A DNA stretch of 64,000 nt from Ignisphaera sp. (GTDB lineage Archaea > Thermoproteota > Thermoprotei_A > Sulfolobales > Ignisphaeraceae), in contig JAWBDT010000003.1 of assembly GCA_038821645.1 (NCBI GenBank), positions 42,016 to 106,015 on the forward strand, written 5' to 3'. The position numbers were made by a program, and so were the translations under genes. Shown piece by piece: positions 40,584-52,300 of the stretch (the stretch's first letter is position 1; every line of letters starts with the position of its first letter). The notes beneath the pieces are model-generated. The model was not told where the DNA came from and did no database searches. It worked only from the letters and a program-made list of their open reading frames with translations.

Positions 40584-41282
<699 letters not shown>

Positions 41283-41649
41283 CTTAATTATTAAAGTTTT
41301 TTTGACATATTATTCCATAAAACTTTATTAATATAAAGGTTAACCATAATCTGCTTCATCTATATTTCTTCCATAACCATCTGAAAACGTATAACTATAG
41401 CTAGATGAACCAAATTTGCGATACAGTTGTTGTTATGATTCGCTAGCACAAGAATATGAACAATTTAATGAAAGTAGCAGCATAAATGATAGACTCTGTA
41501 ACTATAGAATAGATAGAGATCAAACACAAAGAGGTATCTCTCGTTGTTAATACAAAAATCCAGTAACATCAATACATCCCTGGGGTTGCTGATAGATAGT
41601 AGTGAAGTTGTACAGGAATCAATATTTGTGAAGATAGTGGTAAAATCTA

Positions 41650-41684
41650 AATACCTGGAGGTTTTGGTTTCTATCTATATGATG
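41650..41684. repeat. 35-bp inverted duplicate of tldD internal sequence 37554-37588
   Basis: AATACCTGGAGGTTTTGGTTTCTATCTATA(T/C)GATG, 34/35 identical to the tldD sense strand. Confidence 0.85.
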
Positions 41685-41713
41685 CTTCAGTAAGACTAAA
41701 AGTTCATAATTTT

Positions 41714-41747
41714 TGACCTCATTTCTACTCTAAATAAGGGAGCTTTC
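41714..41747 (-). mobile_element. Degenerate IS200/IS605-type end remnant
   Basis: Minus strand GAAAGCTCCCTTATTTAGAGTAGAAATGAGGTCA; same skeleton as 4591-4619 with GC-to-AT decay. Confidence 0.35.
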
Positions 41748-41937
41748 AGGATATAGATCTCGTCAAATCAGTTAGTATATATTGGTAACTAATTTATTCT
41801 CGCTACTGTATATGCATTACATCACAATATATGTCTTAATTAATTTAGACATAATTGAGTTGAGGTGTATTTGATATAAAGTTCTTTATCTACACAAGAT
41901 TTTGTGAGATGAATAGTGGCAGGTATAGCTGATTTTT

Positions 41938-43104
41938 ATGCCTGAACTTGTGATAAATGTTAGCAATATTATATCATCTCTATGCTATACTATACTTAAG
42001 CTAGAGCCTTACACAATATGTCCATTTAGATGTGTCTATTGTTACTCTAGATGGTATATGAAGTCTCCTTCAAGGTATGTATATCCAAGACCTAAGGCTT
42101 TAGGTATGTTTAGAGAAGTGATTCTAAAGATTTATAGAAGAAGTTTAAAGCCTATTCCTTTCAGACTTTCAACACTTGTTGATCCTTTCCCTCCCCATGA
42201 ACAGCTCTATAGAGTATCAGAAAATATATTGAGAGTAGCTCTTGAATACAGCTATCCCTTGGTTATCAACACAAAAAGTATCTATTTTCTTCATCAACCT
42301 CTAAAAAGTTATGTAGAGAAACTATTAGATGATAGATTGGCTATTCTACAGATATCTATATCGACACTTAACGATGATATTGCTCAAGTAATTGAACCAA
42401 GGGCACCAGAAGTGAAAAAGAGATTGGATACAATTAAACAACTCGGTTCTACAGATATCCCGTTGGTCTTAAGGATTTCTCCATATATACCTTACGCATC
42501 ACCTACACAATCAAGAGATATAGAGCATCTAGTTTATCTAGCTAGAGATCTAGGCTTTAAACATATAATTGTTGAAGCACTTAGAATGGAAACAAATAAC
42601 ATAAGAAATCTTCTTGAATATCTAAACATCACTGAAATAGATATAGATAGCTACAGCTTAAGAAAAGTAGAGGGTTTGAAGCCTTTAGTGAGAATATCTC
42701 TTCACCTACTAGAGAAAACATATACTATGTTAAGTAATGAACTGAAAAAACATGGAATAACGTTTGCTACATGTAAAGAAGGTTTATTTGATCTTCATAC
42801 AGCTTCTGATTGTTGTGGTTTATACCTATTGAGAGAATACATTGTTAGAGCAACACTACAAGATGTGTATAGATATGTCACAGAAATGAATATAAATTCT
42901 CATCAAGAACTCCAGAATATTGAAGTAGTTGAAAATTTATGCAAGAAGTACTCTAGGCTATGCTTGGATGAATTACATCTATATCCAAAAAACATTTCGA
43001 AAACATTAAGATATCACGAGAAAAAGATGTTTAAAGTTCTTCAAAATATAGACCTCTTAAAGCATATAGCTCCTCATCTAGCTAAAGAATTTATAGCTAC
43101 TTAG
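41938..43104 (+). CDS. Radical SAM protein (SPL-like family), function unknown
   Basis: CPFRCVYC, DPF, NTKS, EPRAP; C-terminal TCKE...DCCG. Confidence 0.8.
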   Translation: MPELVINVSNIISSLCYTILKLEPYTICPFRCVYCYSRWYMKSPSRYVYPRPKALGMFREVILKIYRRSLKPIPFRLSTLVDPFPPHEQLYRVSENILRVALEYSYPLVINTKSIYFLHQPLKSYVEKLLDDRLAILQISISTLNDDIAQVIEPRAPEVKKRLDTIKQLGSTDIPLVLRISPYIPYASPTQSRDIEHLVYLARDLGFKHIIVEALRMETNNIRNLLEYLNITEIDIDSYSLRKVEGLKPLVRISLHLLEKTYTMLSNELKKHGITFATCKEGLFDLHTASDCCGLYLLREYIVRATLQDVYRYVTEMNINSHQELQNIEVVENLCKKYSRLCLDELHLYPKNISKTLRYHEKKMFKVLQNIDLLKHIAPHLAKEFIAT

Positions 43105-43174
43105 CTTGACTCCCTCTAATCCATTAATGTATCTTGAAAACAATGTACATAGAGTTCTTGTTGTCTCCTATAAC

Positions 43175-44101
43175 CTAGACAGCTTCCCAAAGATATTCAA
43201 CTACATCGCTATGTCTAGGAGCTTCATGAGATCCTAACTTCGTTATTTTTAGAGCTGCTACAGCATTTGCGTAGAGAGCCGCCTTCTTTACCGTATAACC
43301 CCTTATGAATCCAGATATAAGGCCTGATATAAAGGCATCTCCAGCACCAGTCCTATCGACTACTTTATCTGTCTTTACAGCTGGTACTTCTTCATCTATT
43401 CCATCACCCAGGATATAAACCCCTCTTGGACCAAGCTTTACTGCTACTAGTTCGGGTCCTAAGTTCTTCAAGATTCTCGCAGCTTCTCTATAGTTATCAG
43501 ATTCTATTTGTGTTAGGGCTGCAGCTTCTCTATAATTGAGTGTAACTATATCTACCTGCTTAATCAGGGTTTCAAGTTCTTTTAATCCTTTTGTTGAAAG
43601 CACTCTACCTGGATCCCAGGAAACTTTAACATTATTCTTCTTAGCTATTTCGATAACCCTTAATGATGTATCTACCCTAAGACTGGCTATATGTACATAT
43701 CTAGAGCTAGCAATAATGTCATCCACAATATCGTTTGGTTCTAGTTCTTCTGCAACACCTTTATAACCATACATAGCTATATCACCATTACTGTCTATAA
43801 CAACTATGGTGAACCCTGTTTGTCCTTTCGATGAAACCCTTAAACCAGTTATATCTACACCTTCCTTAAGAAGTTCATCAACAATAATTCTTCCAAAACT
43901 GTCAAAACCTATCTTGGCTATAACAGCCGTTTTTAAGCCAAGTCTACAACCATCGATGGCAACATTTACAGCTGATCCTCCCGCACCCCAAACCTGGCTA
44001 ACAACCTTGGCTTCTTCATCAGCTTGTGGAAACCTATCTACAACTATCCTTATATCTACTAGAGCATGACCTACAGCAACAAGATCATATCTCTTAGACA
44101 A
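43175..44101 (-). CDS. PfkB-family sugar kinase, probably ATP-dependent 6-phosphofructokinase
   Basis: GGSAVN, DRTGAGDAF; directly downstream of class I aldolase, as in Desulfurococcales glycolysis. Confidence 0.75.
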   Translation of the reverse strand: MSKRYDLVAVGHALVDIRIVVDRFPQADEEAKVVSQVWGAGGSAVNVAIDGCRLGLKTAVIAKIGFDSFGRIIVDELLKEGVDITGLRVSSKGQTGFTIVVIDSNGDIAMYGYKGVAEELEPNDIVDDIIASSRYVHIASLRVDTSLRVIEIAKKNNVKVSWDPGRVLSTKGLKELETLIKQVDIVTLNYREAAALTQIESDNYREAARILKNLGPELVAVKLGPRGVYILGDGIDEEVPAVKTDKVVDRTGAGDAFISGLISGFIRGYTVKKAALYANAVAALKITKLGSHEAPRHSDVVEYLWEAV

Positions 44102-44112
44102 TACTCAAACCC

Positions 44113-44937
44113 CTACTCAAGATATTTCACAACATCTTCAGGATGCTTATCTTCGTGCACAATAGCCATTATGGCTTTAATCATTCCTCTGGGATTCTTA
44201 TGTTGAAACACATTTCTACCTACTACAACACCTTGGGCACCTACCTCAATAACATTTCTAACATCTCGTAGAAACTCTAGAGGATTCTCTCTAGCAGGTC
44301 CTCCACTCATAAGGATAGGCACACCCGAAGCTATCTTAACAACTTCCGAGAACGATTCTTTAGATCCTGTATAGTAAGTCTTGATTAGATCAGCTCCACT
44401 CTCTACAGCAGCTCTTACACCATACTTAACGATTTCCACATCATACATATTCTTTATAGCTGGACCTCGAGGATACGCTAGCTGTAGACATGGTAAACCA
44501 TATCTTTCAGCAGCTTCACGTATACTAAACCATAGATCCATCATAACACCTTCGTAAGGACTTCCCCAGTAGACAGTTGCAGCAACAGCATCAGCACCAA
44601 GAGCAACAGCATCTTCAACATAACCAAAGACATTTTGGAGCAATCTCTGATCCTCTGGTCTTAGGTTAGTTTTACCTGTTACTTTTACGATAAGAGCAGT
44701 TCTATTAGCCCATACATCATGGGTTAAAGAAGCTAAACCAGGTAAAAGCATAATAGCATCAACACCAGCATCAACAACCTTCTTCAGAATAACCTTGGGA
44801 TCAATATGCTCTAGAGGGAAATCTTTTGGTCCATGCTCTACACCATGATCAAAAGCAAATACAACAGCTTTACTATCTCTCAGTATTCTCGAGAGTCTAA
44901 TCTTCTTACCCACGTAATTAAAAGTCATATGCAACAC
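44113..44937 (-). CDS. fba: Archaeal class I fructose-bisphosphate aldolase (DhnA type)
   Basis: [32 protein letters not shown]. Confidence 0.9.
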   Translation of the reverse strand: MLHMTFNYVGKKIRLSRILRDSKAVVFAFDHGVEHGPKDFPLEHIDPKVILKKVVDAGVDAIMLLPGLASLTHDVWANRTALIVKVTGKTNLRPEDQRLLQNVFGYVEDAVALGADAVAATVYWGSPYEGVMMDLWFSIREAAERYGLPCLQLAYPRGPAIKNMYDVEIVKYGVRAAVESGADLIKTYYTGSKESFSEVVKIASGVPILMSGGPARENPLEFLRDVRNVIEVGAQGVVVGRNVFQHKNPRGMIKAIMAIVHEDKHPEDVVKYLE

Positions 44938-45016
44938 ATATCTAGCCTACTCTTTCGAAATTAAAAAACTGAACTATTTATTATTAGAGATTATGGTATT
45001 AAAGACTCTAATTGTT

Positions 45017-46375
45017 CTACAGTTTAGGTATATACGTTAAATCTATTTCTTTTGGTTCATAATCTTTCAATCTCCCTTCTAGATACTCTTGGTAACCAGT
45101 TAGATCTAGCAACCCATGACCACTCATATTGAATAATATTACTATCTTTTCGTTCTTTTTCTTCGCTTCTAAAGCAATATCTATCACACTTTTGACTGCG
45201 TGAGCAGATTCTGGTGCAGGTACAATTCCCTCTACTTGTGCAAAAATTTTCGCCGCCTCAAACACCTCTGTTTGATGATATGCTATTGGTGCAACTATTT
45301 TGTTTTTAACTAGTAAGGCAAGTGTGGGTGCCACTCCATGATACCTTAAACCGCCTGCGTGAATTGGCGGTGGTATGTATTTGTGGCCTACGGTGTGCAT
45401 TTTTATCAATGGTGTTAATCTAGCTGTATCTCCATAATCGTATGTATAGACCCCTCTAGTCATTGATGGAACTGCCTTGGGTTCTACAGCTACGAACTTT
45501 ATGTCTCGCTTCTTACCTCTAACTATACCATCATGGTAAAACGGATACGCTAGACCTGCAAAATTACTTCCACCACCGACGCATCCAACTATATAGTCTG
45601 GAAGCTCTTCTCCCATTAGCTCTAGCTGTTTTAATGCCTCTAGACCTATTACTGTTTGATGCATGAGCACATGATTTAGTACAGACCCAAGACTATACTT
45701 AGTTTTTGGGGTAGTTACAGCATCCTCTATAGCCTCACTTATGGCTATACCTAGAGATCCTGGATGATTCGGATTCTGCTCAAGAATGGCTCTACCAGAA
45801 TTAGTATAGAGGCTGGGGCTAGGAACTACTTCTGCTCCATATAGTTGCATAAGTATCCTTCTATAGGGTTTCTGTTCATAGCTTGCACGAACCATATATA
45901 TCCTGACCTTGAGTCCGAATACTGCACCAGCTAAAGCTAGAGCAGAACCCCATTGACCTGCACCAGTTTCTGTTGTGAGTCTTTCAATACCCTCTAGTCT
46001 GTTATAATAAGCTTGAGCTAGAGCTGTATTGACTTTATGGGAACCTGTGGGCATGACACCTTCATATTTAAAGTATATCTTAGCTGGTGTATCTAGATAT
46101 CTCTCGAGTCTATATGCTCTTAATAGTGGTGTAGGTCTACCAATCTCTAGATAGAGTTGACGCAGATCTTCAGGGATAGGGATAAATCTATCTGTAGAGA
46201 ATTCTTGTAACACTAGCGATTTAGGGAATAACACCTCTAGATCCTTTTGCTCAACTACTGATCCATCTGGTTTAATCATTGGCGGTAGCTGTTCAGGAAG
46301 ATCGGGAACAATGTTATACCAGTATTTTGGTGTTATATCATCTGATTGAATAGATCTAACGAAATTTAACTCCAT
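45017..46375 (-). CDS. trpB2: Tryptophan synthase beta chain type 2
   Basis: [35 protein letters not shown]. Confidence 0.9.
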   Translation of the reverse strand: MELNFVRSIQSDDITPKYWYNIVPDLPEQLPPMIKPDGSVVEQKDLEVLFPKSLVLQEFSTDRFIPIPEDLRQLYLEIGRPTPLLRAYRLERYLDTPAKIYFKYEGVMPTGSHKVNTALAQAYYNRLEGIERLTTETGAGQWGSALALAGAVFGLKVRIYMVRASYEQKPYRRILMQLYGAEVVPSPSLYTNSGRAILEQNPNHPGSLGIAISEAIEDAVTTPKTKYSLGSVLNHVLMHQTVIGLEALKQLELMGEELPDYIVGCVGGGSNFAGLAYPFYHDGIVRGKKRDIKFVAVEPKAVPSMTRGVYTYDYGDTARLTPLIKMHTVGHKYIPPPIHAGGLRYHGVAPTLALLVKNKIVAPIAYHQTEVFEAAKIFAQVEGIVPAPESAHAVKSVIDIALEAKKKNEKIVILFNMSGHGLLDLTGYQEYLEGRLKDYEPKEIDLTYIPKL

Positions 46376-46802
46376 TGGCGCATGATATCACCGTTTCTTC
46401 ATCACATTGAACAAAATTAAAAGTTTTTCGCTATAACTAGACGATAGAATAACCATACTTAATTAAATATAGCTATATAATACAACATTAATTATCATAT
46501 CATAGAATCTATAGTTAAGCTACAAATAAATACTGACATGAGATTATATTAGAGTATACCCTATGGATACAATTAATACCAAATGTTTTGTCTAGTAAAG
46601 TAATACAAAGGACATGCAGAATCAATATTAATAGGGATTCAATGCACTTCTAAACAAACTGTATGTATATATGCCTAAGATAAGTAACTAAATATCTATA
46701 CCTAATCATAATTTCAATTACTCTAACCAATTATCAATTGAGTCATTAACTTGATCATTGCATAAATCAATCCTTTTTCTAATACTCAATAGGATGTATT
46801 GT

Positions 46803-47603
46803 CTATAATCTCGTCACCTTTCTTGCAAACATTATATACCCTGTATGTCCAATCATTAATGATGATGGTCTTATAGATTCTTTAGTTAGCATTATTTCAC
46901 GTAGCAATACTTCGTAACATCTGATATCTATGTATCCTCCATGCTCTACTAAAGAATTATACAGTTTTTCAATCTGATTAATCGATGGTACGAAGAATAC
47001 TACTGGAGCTGAAGGTTTTAAGGTTGTATGTAAATGTTCCAATAGATTCCATGGATCAGCTACATCAACTACTGCTCCATCTATCTCTTTCTCATCTATA
47101 CCTTCTTTAGCGTCTTTAAGTTTTAGAGTTACATAGCTCGCTAAACCTAATATCTCAAGGTTTTTTCTAGCGATATTCAGAAATTCTTCTCTTATTTCAT
47201 AGCCATAAACATGACCCGTAGGTCTAACTATATTAGCTAGTACAGCCGTAGTATTACCCGTACCTACACCTACCTCAACAATTCTTAATCCTGGTGAAAG
47301 CCCTAAGAGCATTACTATGAATCCTTGATCTTTAGGGTATATGACTTGTGTTACTCTAGTAAAACCTTTTTCAAGAAAATCTATGAGAAGCGGTTTTAGG
47401 ATATATGCATTAAACTTAGTACTGGTTTTGACTCTAGATCCGTATTCAAGACCAATAACATCATCAAGATGTATAGAGCCTCTATCTGATGTAAAGACTC
47501 TATCTTTCTCTACTTTTGTAATCCATCTACGCCTACGATCCATATATATGAGTATCTTGTCATCTGGATGAACATAAATATTTTCACTCAGAGCTGATGT
47601 CAT
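46803..47603 (-). CDS. trmI: tRNA (adenine-N1)-methyltransferase
   Basis: TQVIYPKD, EVGVGTG, DPW, MIGHTGY. Confidence 0.9.
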   Translation of the reverse strand: MTSALSENIYVHPDDKILIYMDRRRRWITKVEKDRVFTSDRGSIHLDDVIGLEYGSRVKTSTKFNAYILKPLLIDFLEKGFTRVTQVIYPKDQGFIVMLLGLSPGLRIVEVGVGTGNTTAVLANIVRPTGHVYGYEIREEFLNIARKNLEILGLASYVTLKLKDAKEGIDEKEIDGAVVDVADPWNLLEHLHTTLKPSAPVVFFVPSINQIEKLYNSLVEHGGYIDIRCYEVLLREIMLTKESIRPSSLMIGHTGYIMFARKVTRL

Positions 47604-47637
47604 TCTTCATCACATCAACATTACCAGCCTTCATCAT
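47588..47637 (-). ncRNA. Box C/D sRNA overlapping the trmI 5' end
   Basis: Minus strand: ATGATGA (C) - AGGCTGGTAATG - TTGA (D') - T - GTGATGA (C') - AGAATGACATCAGCT - CTGA (D). Confidence 0.7.
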
Positions 47638-47851
47638 CGCGTAACGTAACTATATTTAACACTATATCTATGAAGTTCATAACTCTTCATGCTCTACTGA
47701 CTAAGATTTGCTATAATAATGATTAAAACAAGTGATTTGTTATGGAATTGACAAAGCTCTACAAATACTTTACATGAAGTAGATTATCGATATTCTATGT
47801 CTCCTTAAAAACTTATCACATTTTTACGTAACTCAAATTAAAGTCTGTAAT

Positions 47852-48070
47852 TCAAAAATCCTCTATAACCTCTATAACTCTACTTTTGTTACTCTTTCCC
47901 TCAATAACCCTATTACCACTAGACCAAAGTTCTTTCTTAAGTAATTCTCTAATGGCAGCTCTAATAACTTCTGATCTAGATGTATACCTACCTATTCTAA
48001 CAAGTTCATCTATTGCCTCAATGTATGATTCCGGTATTTTTACTGTAACTATACGCAAAGGTATCACCAT
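47852..48070 (-). CDS. Ribbon-helix-helix (CopG/Arc/MetJ) DNA-binding protein
   Basis: [33 protein letters not shown]. Confidence 0.85.
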   Translation of the reverse strand: MVIPLRIVTVKIPESYIEAIDELVRIGRYTSRSEVIRAAIRELLKKELWSSGNRVIEGKSNKSRVIEVIEDF

Positions 48071-48133
48071 AAGCGTTATACTAAAGATAATAATTTATAA
48101 GCTAGGGGAGATATTCACAGTAGTGGGTTGGCT

Positions 48134-48433
48134 ATGGGTACAAAAGGAGGTAAACCTATATCATCTATAGAGAAGAGACAGAAAAAAGTAGAGAAGAGAG
48201 AAGAAAAGAGAGAAGAAAAGAAAGAGATGAAATTAGGTATAGTAGATCAATCAATGGTCAAAAAAATTATAGAGGAACTTAAAGGTCAGACTCACATAAC
48301 CACATTTCAAGTAGCTCAGAAATACAATATAAGATACAGTATGGCTAAGAAATTACTAAGAGCCGCTGTATCTCAAGGAGCTGAAATAGTTGCTAAGAAT
48401 AGGCGGGTTATTGTGGTTTCATTACGTAAGTAA
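48134..48433 (+). CDS. rps25e: 30S ribosomal protein S25e
   Basis: MGTKGGKPISSIEKRQ; ITTFQVAQKYNIRYSMAKKLLR winged helix. Confidence 0.8.
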   Translation: MGTKGGKPISSIEKRQKKVEKREEKREEKKEMKLGIVDQSMVKKIIEELKGQTHITTFQVAQKYNIRYSMAKKLLRAAVSQGAEIVAKNRRVIVVSLRK

Positions 48434-48492
48434 CAAGTTTTTACTCTAGATAACATTTAATGAACTATGTGACACTATTCTAAATGTCTCTA

Positions 48493-49323
48493 TTACTTGA
48501 TGTAGTATGATATAGCTTTGCTCAATACCTTTAATAGTTTTTTACGTGATGGAGAAAGAATAGACTCTGTACCTATCTTTGATTTCGATCTCTCTTTATC
48601 TAGATTAACTTTGATTATTTTTGGTGATTTATCTAATACTTCATGAATAACAGCACCATTTTCATCAACTATTGATGTAGGCATAAACATTACTTCTTCA
48701 TCTTTTTTTCTAATAGTGTATCCGATACTTATAATCATTGAGTTAAGCTCTAGTGATCTGGTTTTCATTATAGCGGTTATCTTATCTACTGATATTTGTG
48801 GATATGGATAGAAAATCACTACATCAACATTCGTTATCTTCATCAAGAGCGAAAGCTCTGGTAGATGTATATCTTCTGCTATGAATATACCTATGGTGAG
48901 ACCACAGATATTGATTATAGGTGGTGAAGAGCTTTGTCCAAATTTTGAAGGCGTGTTTACTTGACTTATAACTGATTTAATGTTCATTGACGGATCTACT
49001 AGAAATGCTGATCTATATATTTTTGAACCTCTTCTTTCAAGTATGGGTCCGCTTAGTATATATATTTTGAATTTATTAGCTAATCTTGCTAATTGCTCAG
49101 AAGTTCTTCCAGGTATAGTTTCTGTAATCCTCCTAGTCTTCAGATTCTTCTTTAAATCAAAAATAGGTATACCATTTATCATGGCCGGCAATAAAACTAC
49201 TTCAGCACCCTCGTTTTTTGCTCGCTCTATCATTTCTTCAATTCTCTGAATATTTTGATCATATTTACCGAGATCTATAACGCTATGAAGAACAGACATA
49301 ACGTTTTTTACATTGTTTGACAT
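48493..49323 (-). CDS. Carbon-nitrogen hydrolase (nitrilase-fold) protein lacking the catalytic triad
   Basis: GAEVVLLPA, ETIPG, GPILER, IGIFIAEDIHLPE; E/K/C positions substituted. Confidence 0.7.
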   Translation of the reverse strand: MSNNVKNVMSVLHSVIDLGKYDQNIQRIEEMIERAKNEGAEVVLLPAMINGIPIFDLKKNLKTRRITETIPGRTSEQLARLANKFKIYILSGPILERRGSKIYRSAFLVDPSMNIKSVISQVNTPSKFGQSSSPPIINICGLTIGIFIAEDIHLPELSLLMKITNVDVVIFYPYPQISVDKITAIMKTRSLELNSMIISIGYTIRKKDEEVMFMPTSIVDENGAVIHEVLDKSPKIIKVNLDKERSKSKIGTESILSPSRKKLLKVLSKAISYYIK

Positions 49324-52300
49324 ACCTTCACACCTTCACCATATAGTTCAGAAATTACATGCTTACATACTTCTTTAAATAACTCTTGTATTACATCTAT
49401 ATAATTGACTTTACCTGATTCTACAGCCTGTATCTTTGTATAGAGTTCCTGTGTTCTCTTGACACTCACCATCCTCCTTAGTTCATTACGAACCATGTTG
49501 AGTATCTTGGTAACATTTTCGACAATATTTTCACTTCTTCTGTATACAGACCTTATGGTGTTTAGAAACATCTCGAAATCGATATCTTTATCATCAAAAC
49601 TCGCTCCAGCAAGAAGAAGATACACATATATCCCTTCTATATCAGGTATAAGTATACCGCCTTTTACACTCATCGTATAGCCTCTCTTAATAATCGTATC
49701 TATGATTTTAGCATATGTACTGGGTCTACCTATACCTACCTCCTTCATCCACCTAATTATATCACCTTGAGTTGGCATCGTATATTCACTCAAAACAACA
49801 GTTCTTATCTTTAAAGGTTTTAGAGAAAATGTTGTATTAGGTACAGAGATAACTTTTATTGGCATATACATCAATAGGAATCCTGGGTCAATTACATTCG
49901 TTACGAGCTCTATAGTATGTGAGAATACTTCGTTATTATCGATATAGACTGTTGCAATGTATCTAGTTTTCTCCACAATGCCAGGCTTCATCTGACTTGC
50001 CATAAACCTTCTGAATATAAGATCATAGAGTTTGAAATGTTTAGCAGTAAGTCTTAATGGAGTCTCTATAATACCTTCAGCTATAAGCTCTTTAAGTCTG
50101 TCCACATCTATAGGTTTTGTTGGACGTATACCTTCGTGAGCTCCTCCGCTACCCCAAGTTCTAGGTTCAAAGACTTCAGAAAGTTTATCGCCATAGATAC
50201 TAGATATATACTCTTTAGCTACACCTATACCGGCCGACGATATTCTTGTTGAATCTGTTCTATGGTAAGTTATAAATCCAAGCTCGAAAAGATCTTGAGC
50301 AAGTCTCATAGCCTCTACAGCATCGATCTTCAGAACTCTATATGCTTCAGCTATCATTTCATCTGTTGTAAATGGTGGTAATGGATATAGTCTCTCAATA
50401 CTTACTGATATAGGTCTAAAAACAACTTCCACACGTGATGGAGAAAGCCTTTTGATCTCTTCGCCAAGAGCCTTCTCTAGTAAATCTTGAGGAACTTCTA
50501 TAGATATCCCATCAAGATATATGATCTTGGTTTTTCTAGCTGTTGTTAGCTTCTTGATATAGAGCTCTATGATCCTGCCAAGAACAGGTGTCTGAACCCT
50601 GCCTGCACTTAACCTTCCTTCTCTTTCTCGCAAACCTATATCGAGAGTCTTCAGCTTGTTCGTCACATATTCAGAAAGTGCAAACCCCAATAACCTATCC
50701 TCTATCCTTCTAGTTATCTGAGCTTCAACAAGCGATAAATTGACTTCCCTGGGATTCCTAAAAGCATTCATTACAGCTTTTCTAGTAACCTCATGGAACT
50801 CTATCCTCATAATTGATTTAGCGAAAGGTGCTAAGGATATCGCTATATCGTATCCTATCTTCTCGCCTTCAGCATCAGGATCTGTAGCTATAAATATCTC
50901 GTCAACTTCCATAGCTATTTTCTGAAGTACCTCAATAACAGATCTAGATGATTTTACTCTATCACTCCCACAGATAGGACATGTTTCTCCTTTTACGAAT
51001 TGTGTACCGCATCTAAGGCATCTTTTAATGTAATCATATTTTGGTAGAAAGAGTGTCTTTTCCTTGTGTTTAGCAATAGCTATTCCATAGACACTATCTT
51101 CCTGAATACCTTCTTCAACTAATTCAAAAACATGACCACCAGTAGAGGTTATAAGCAGATGTATATCGCCTACATTAGTTTCATAAATTCTTAGACCATC
51201 TATTTCCCTAAACGTTGGTCTTCCAAAGAATGATGCTATAGTTCTAGCTTTATTAGGAGATTCAACTATAAATAAAGCTGTTCTAACTCTAAGCTCCTTG
51301 GGTACTTCACGAAGATCTAGTTTACCAGATCTAATTGCTTTCAATAGTTCTCTATCATCATCAATACGTTTGATTACATTATCAATATCTACTGTTTCTA
51401 AGGAACTCATTGAAAAATCCTCTATAAAGTACTTTACTCTGTCTACAAGTCCATTAAGCAGTCTAATATCATCGACTAATACTATGGAAAGTCCTGTCGT
51501 TATACCTCCAACAAAAAGTCTCGAAGTTCTGCCGCTAGCCTGTATATATGTAGGTGCATCTGGTATCAATATGTAAAGTGTGTTGTTTTCTTCAACAATA
51601 GATGCTTTCTGATATTTCTTGAGGGCCTCAACTATATTCTTATCAGATAGAAGAGATGTAACGAAATTGTGGGCTTCGGTTATTATGGAGGCTATAGGTT
51701 CTTCTATAGGTTCTTGTGAAGATATCTTATCAACTATAATCTTAATTCTTTCAGCAGACATCTGTCGAAGGATTCTTCTGAGCTGTGCTATAAGTCTAAT
51801 TGCCTTATCTTTCTGTTTCTCATCCTCTATTACATCTAAAAGTACTGTTAAAAGCCTCAGTAAGTTCTGTGGATTAAATCCTATTTGTGTTATCGAAATT
51901 TTGTGCCTAGGGACTCCAATAAATATGGCATATCTGATCCTCTCCGGGATATCTATTCCTCTCACAAGAAGACCATAGTACGTGGCTACACCTATTAGAG
52001 CCTTTATCTCACCTAAGATGAATCGTTCTAGAGTGTCTGTTCTCCTGCTCGAGAGCACTTCAACATCTATACCTCTATCTCTAAGTTCATTACAGAGTTT
52101 GTTAGCGTATTCTAATCCTCGATCAATTGTTACATATATTAGACATCCATCGCCTAATTTATTGATAAGTTTTGCAACAATATCTGCTACTTCCTCTTCT
52201 TTAGGCATCAACATGTAGGTATCTACAACATTTCTATAAACTTCAACAGCAGATCCTATATTGAATCCCAATAATTCTCTAAATAATCTGATCCTCTTGC

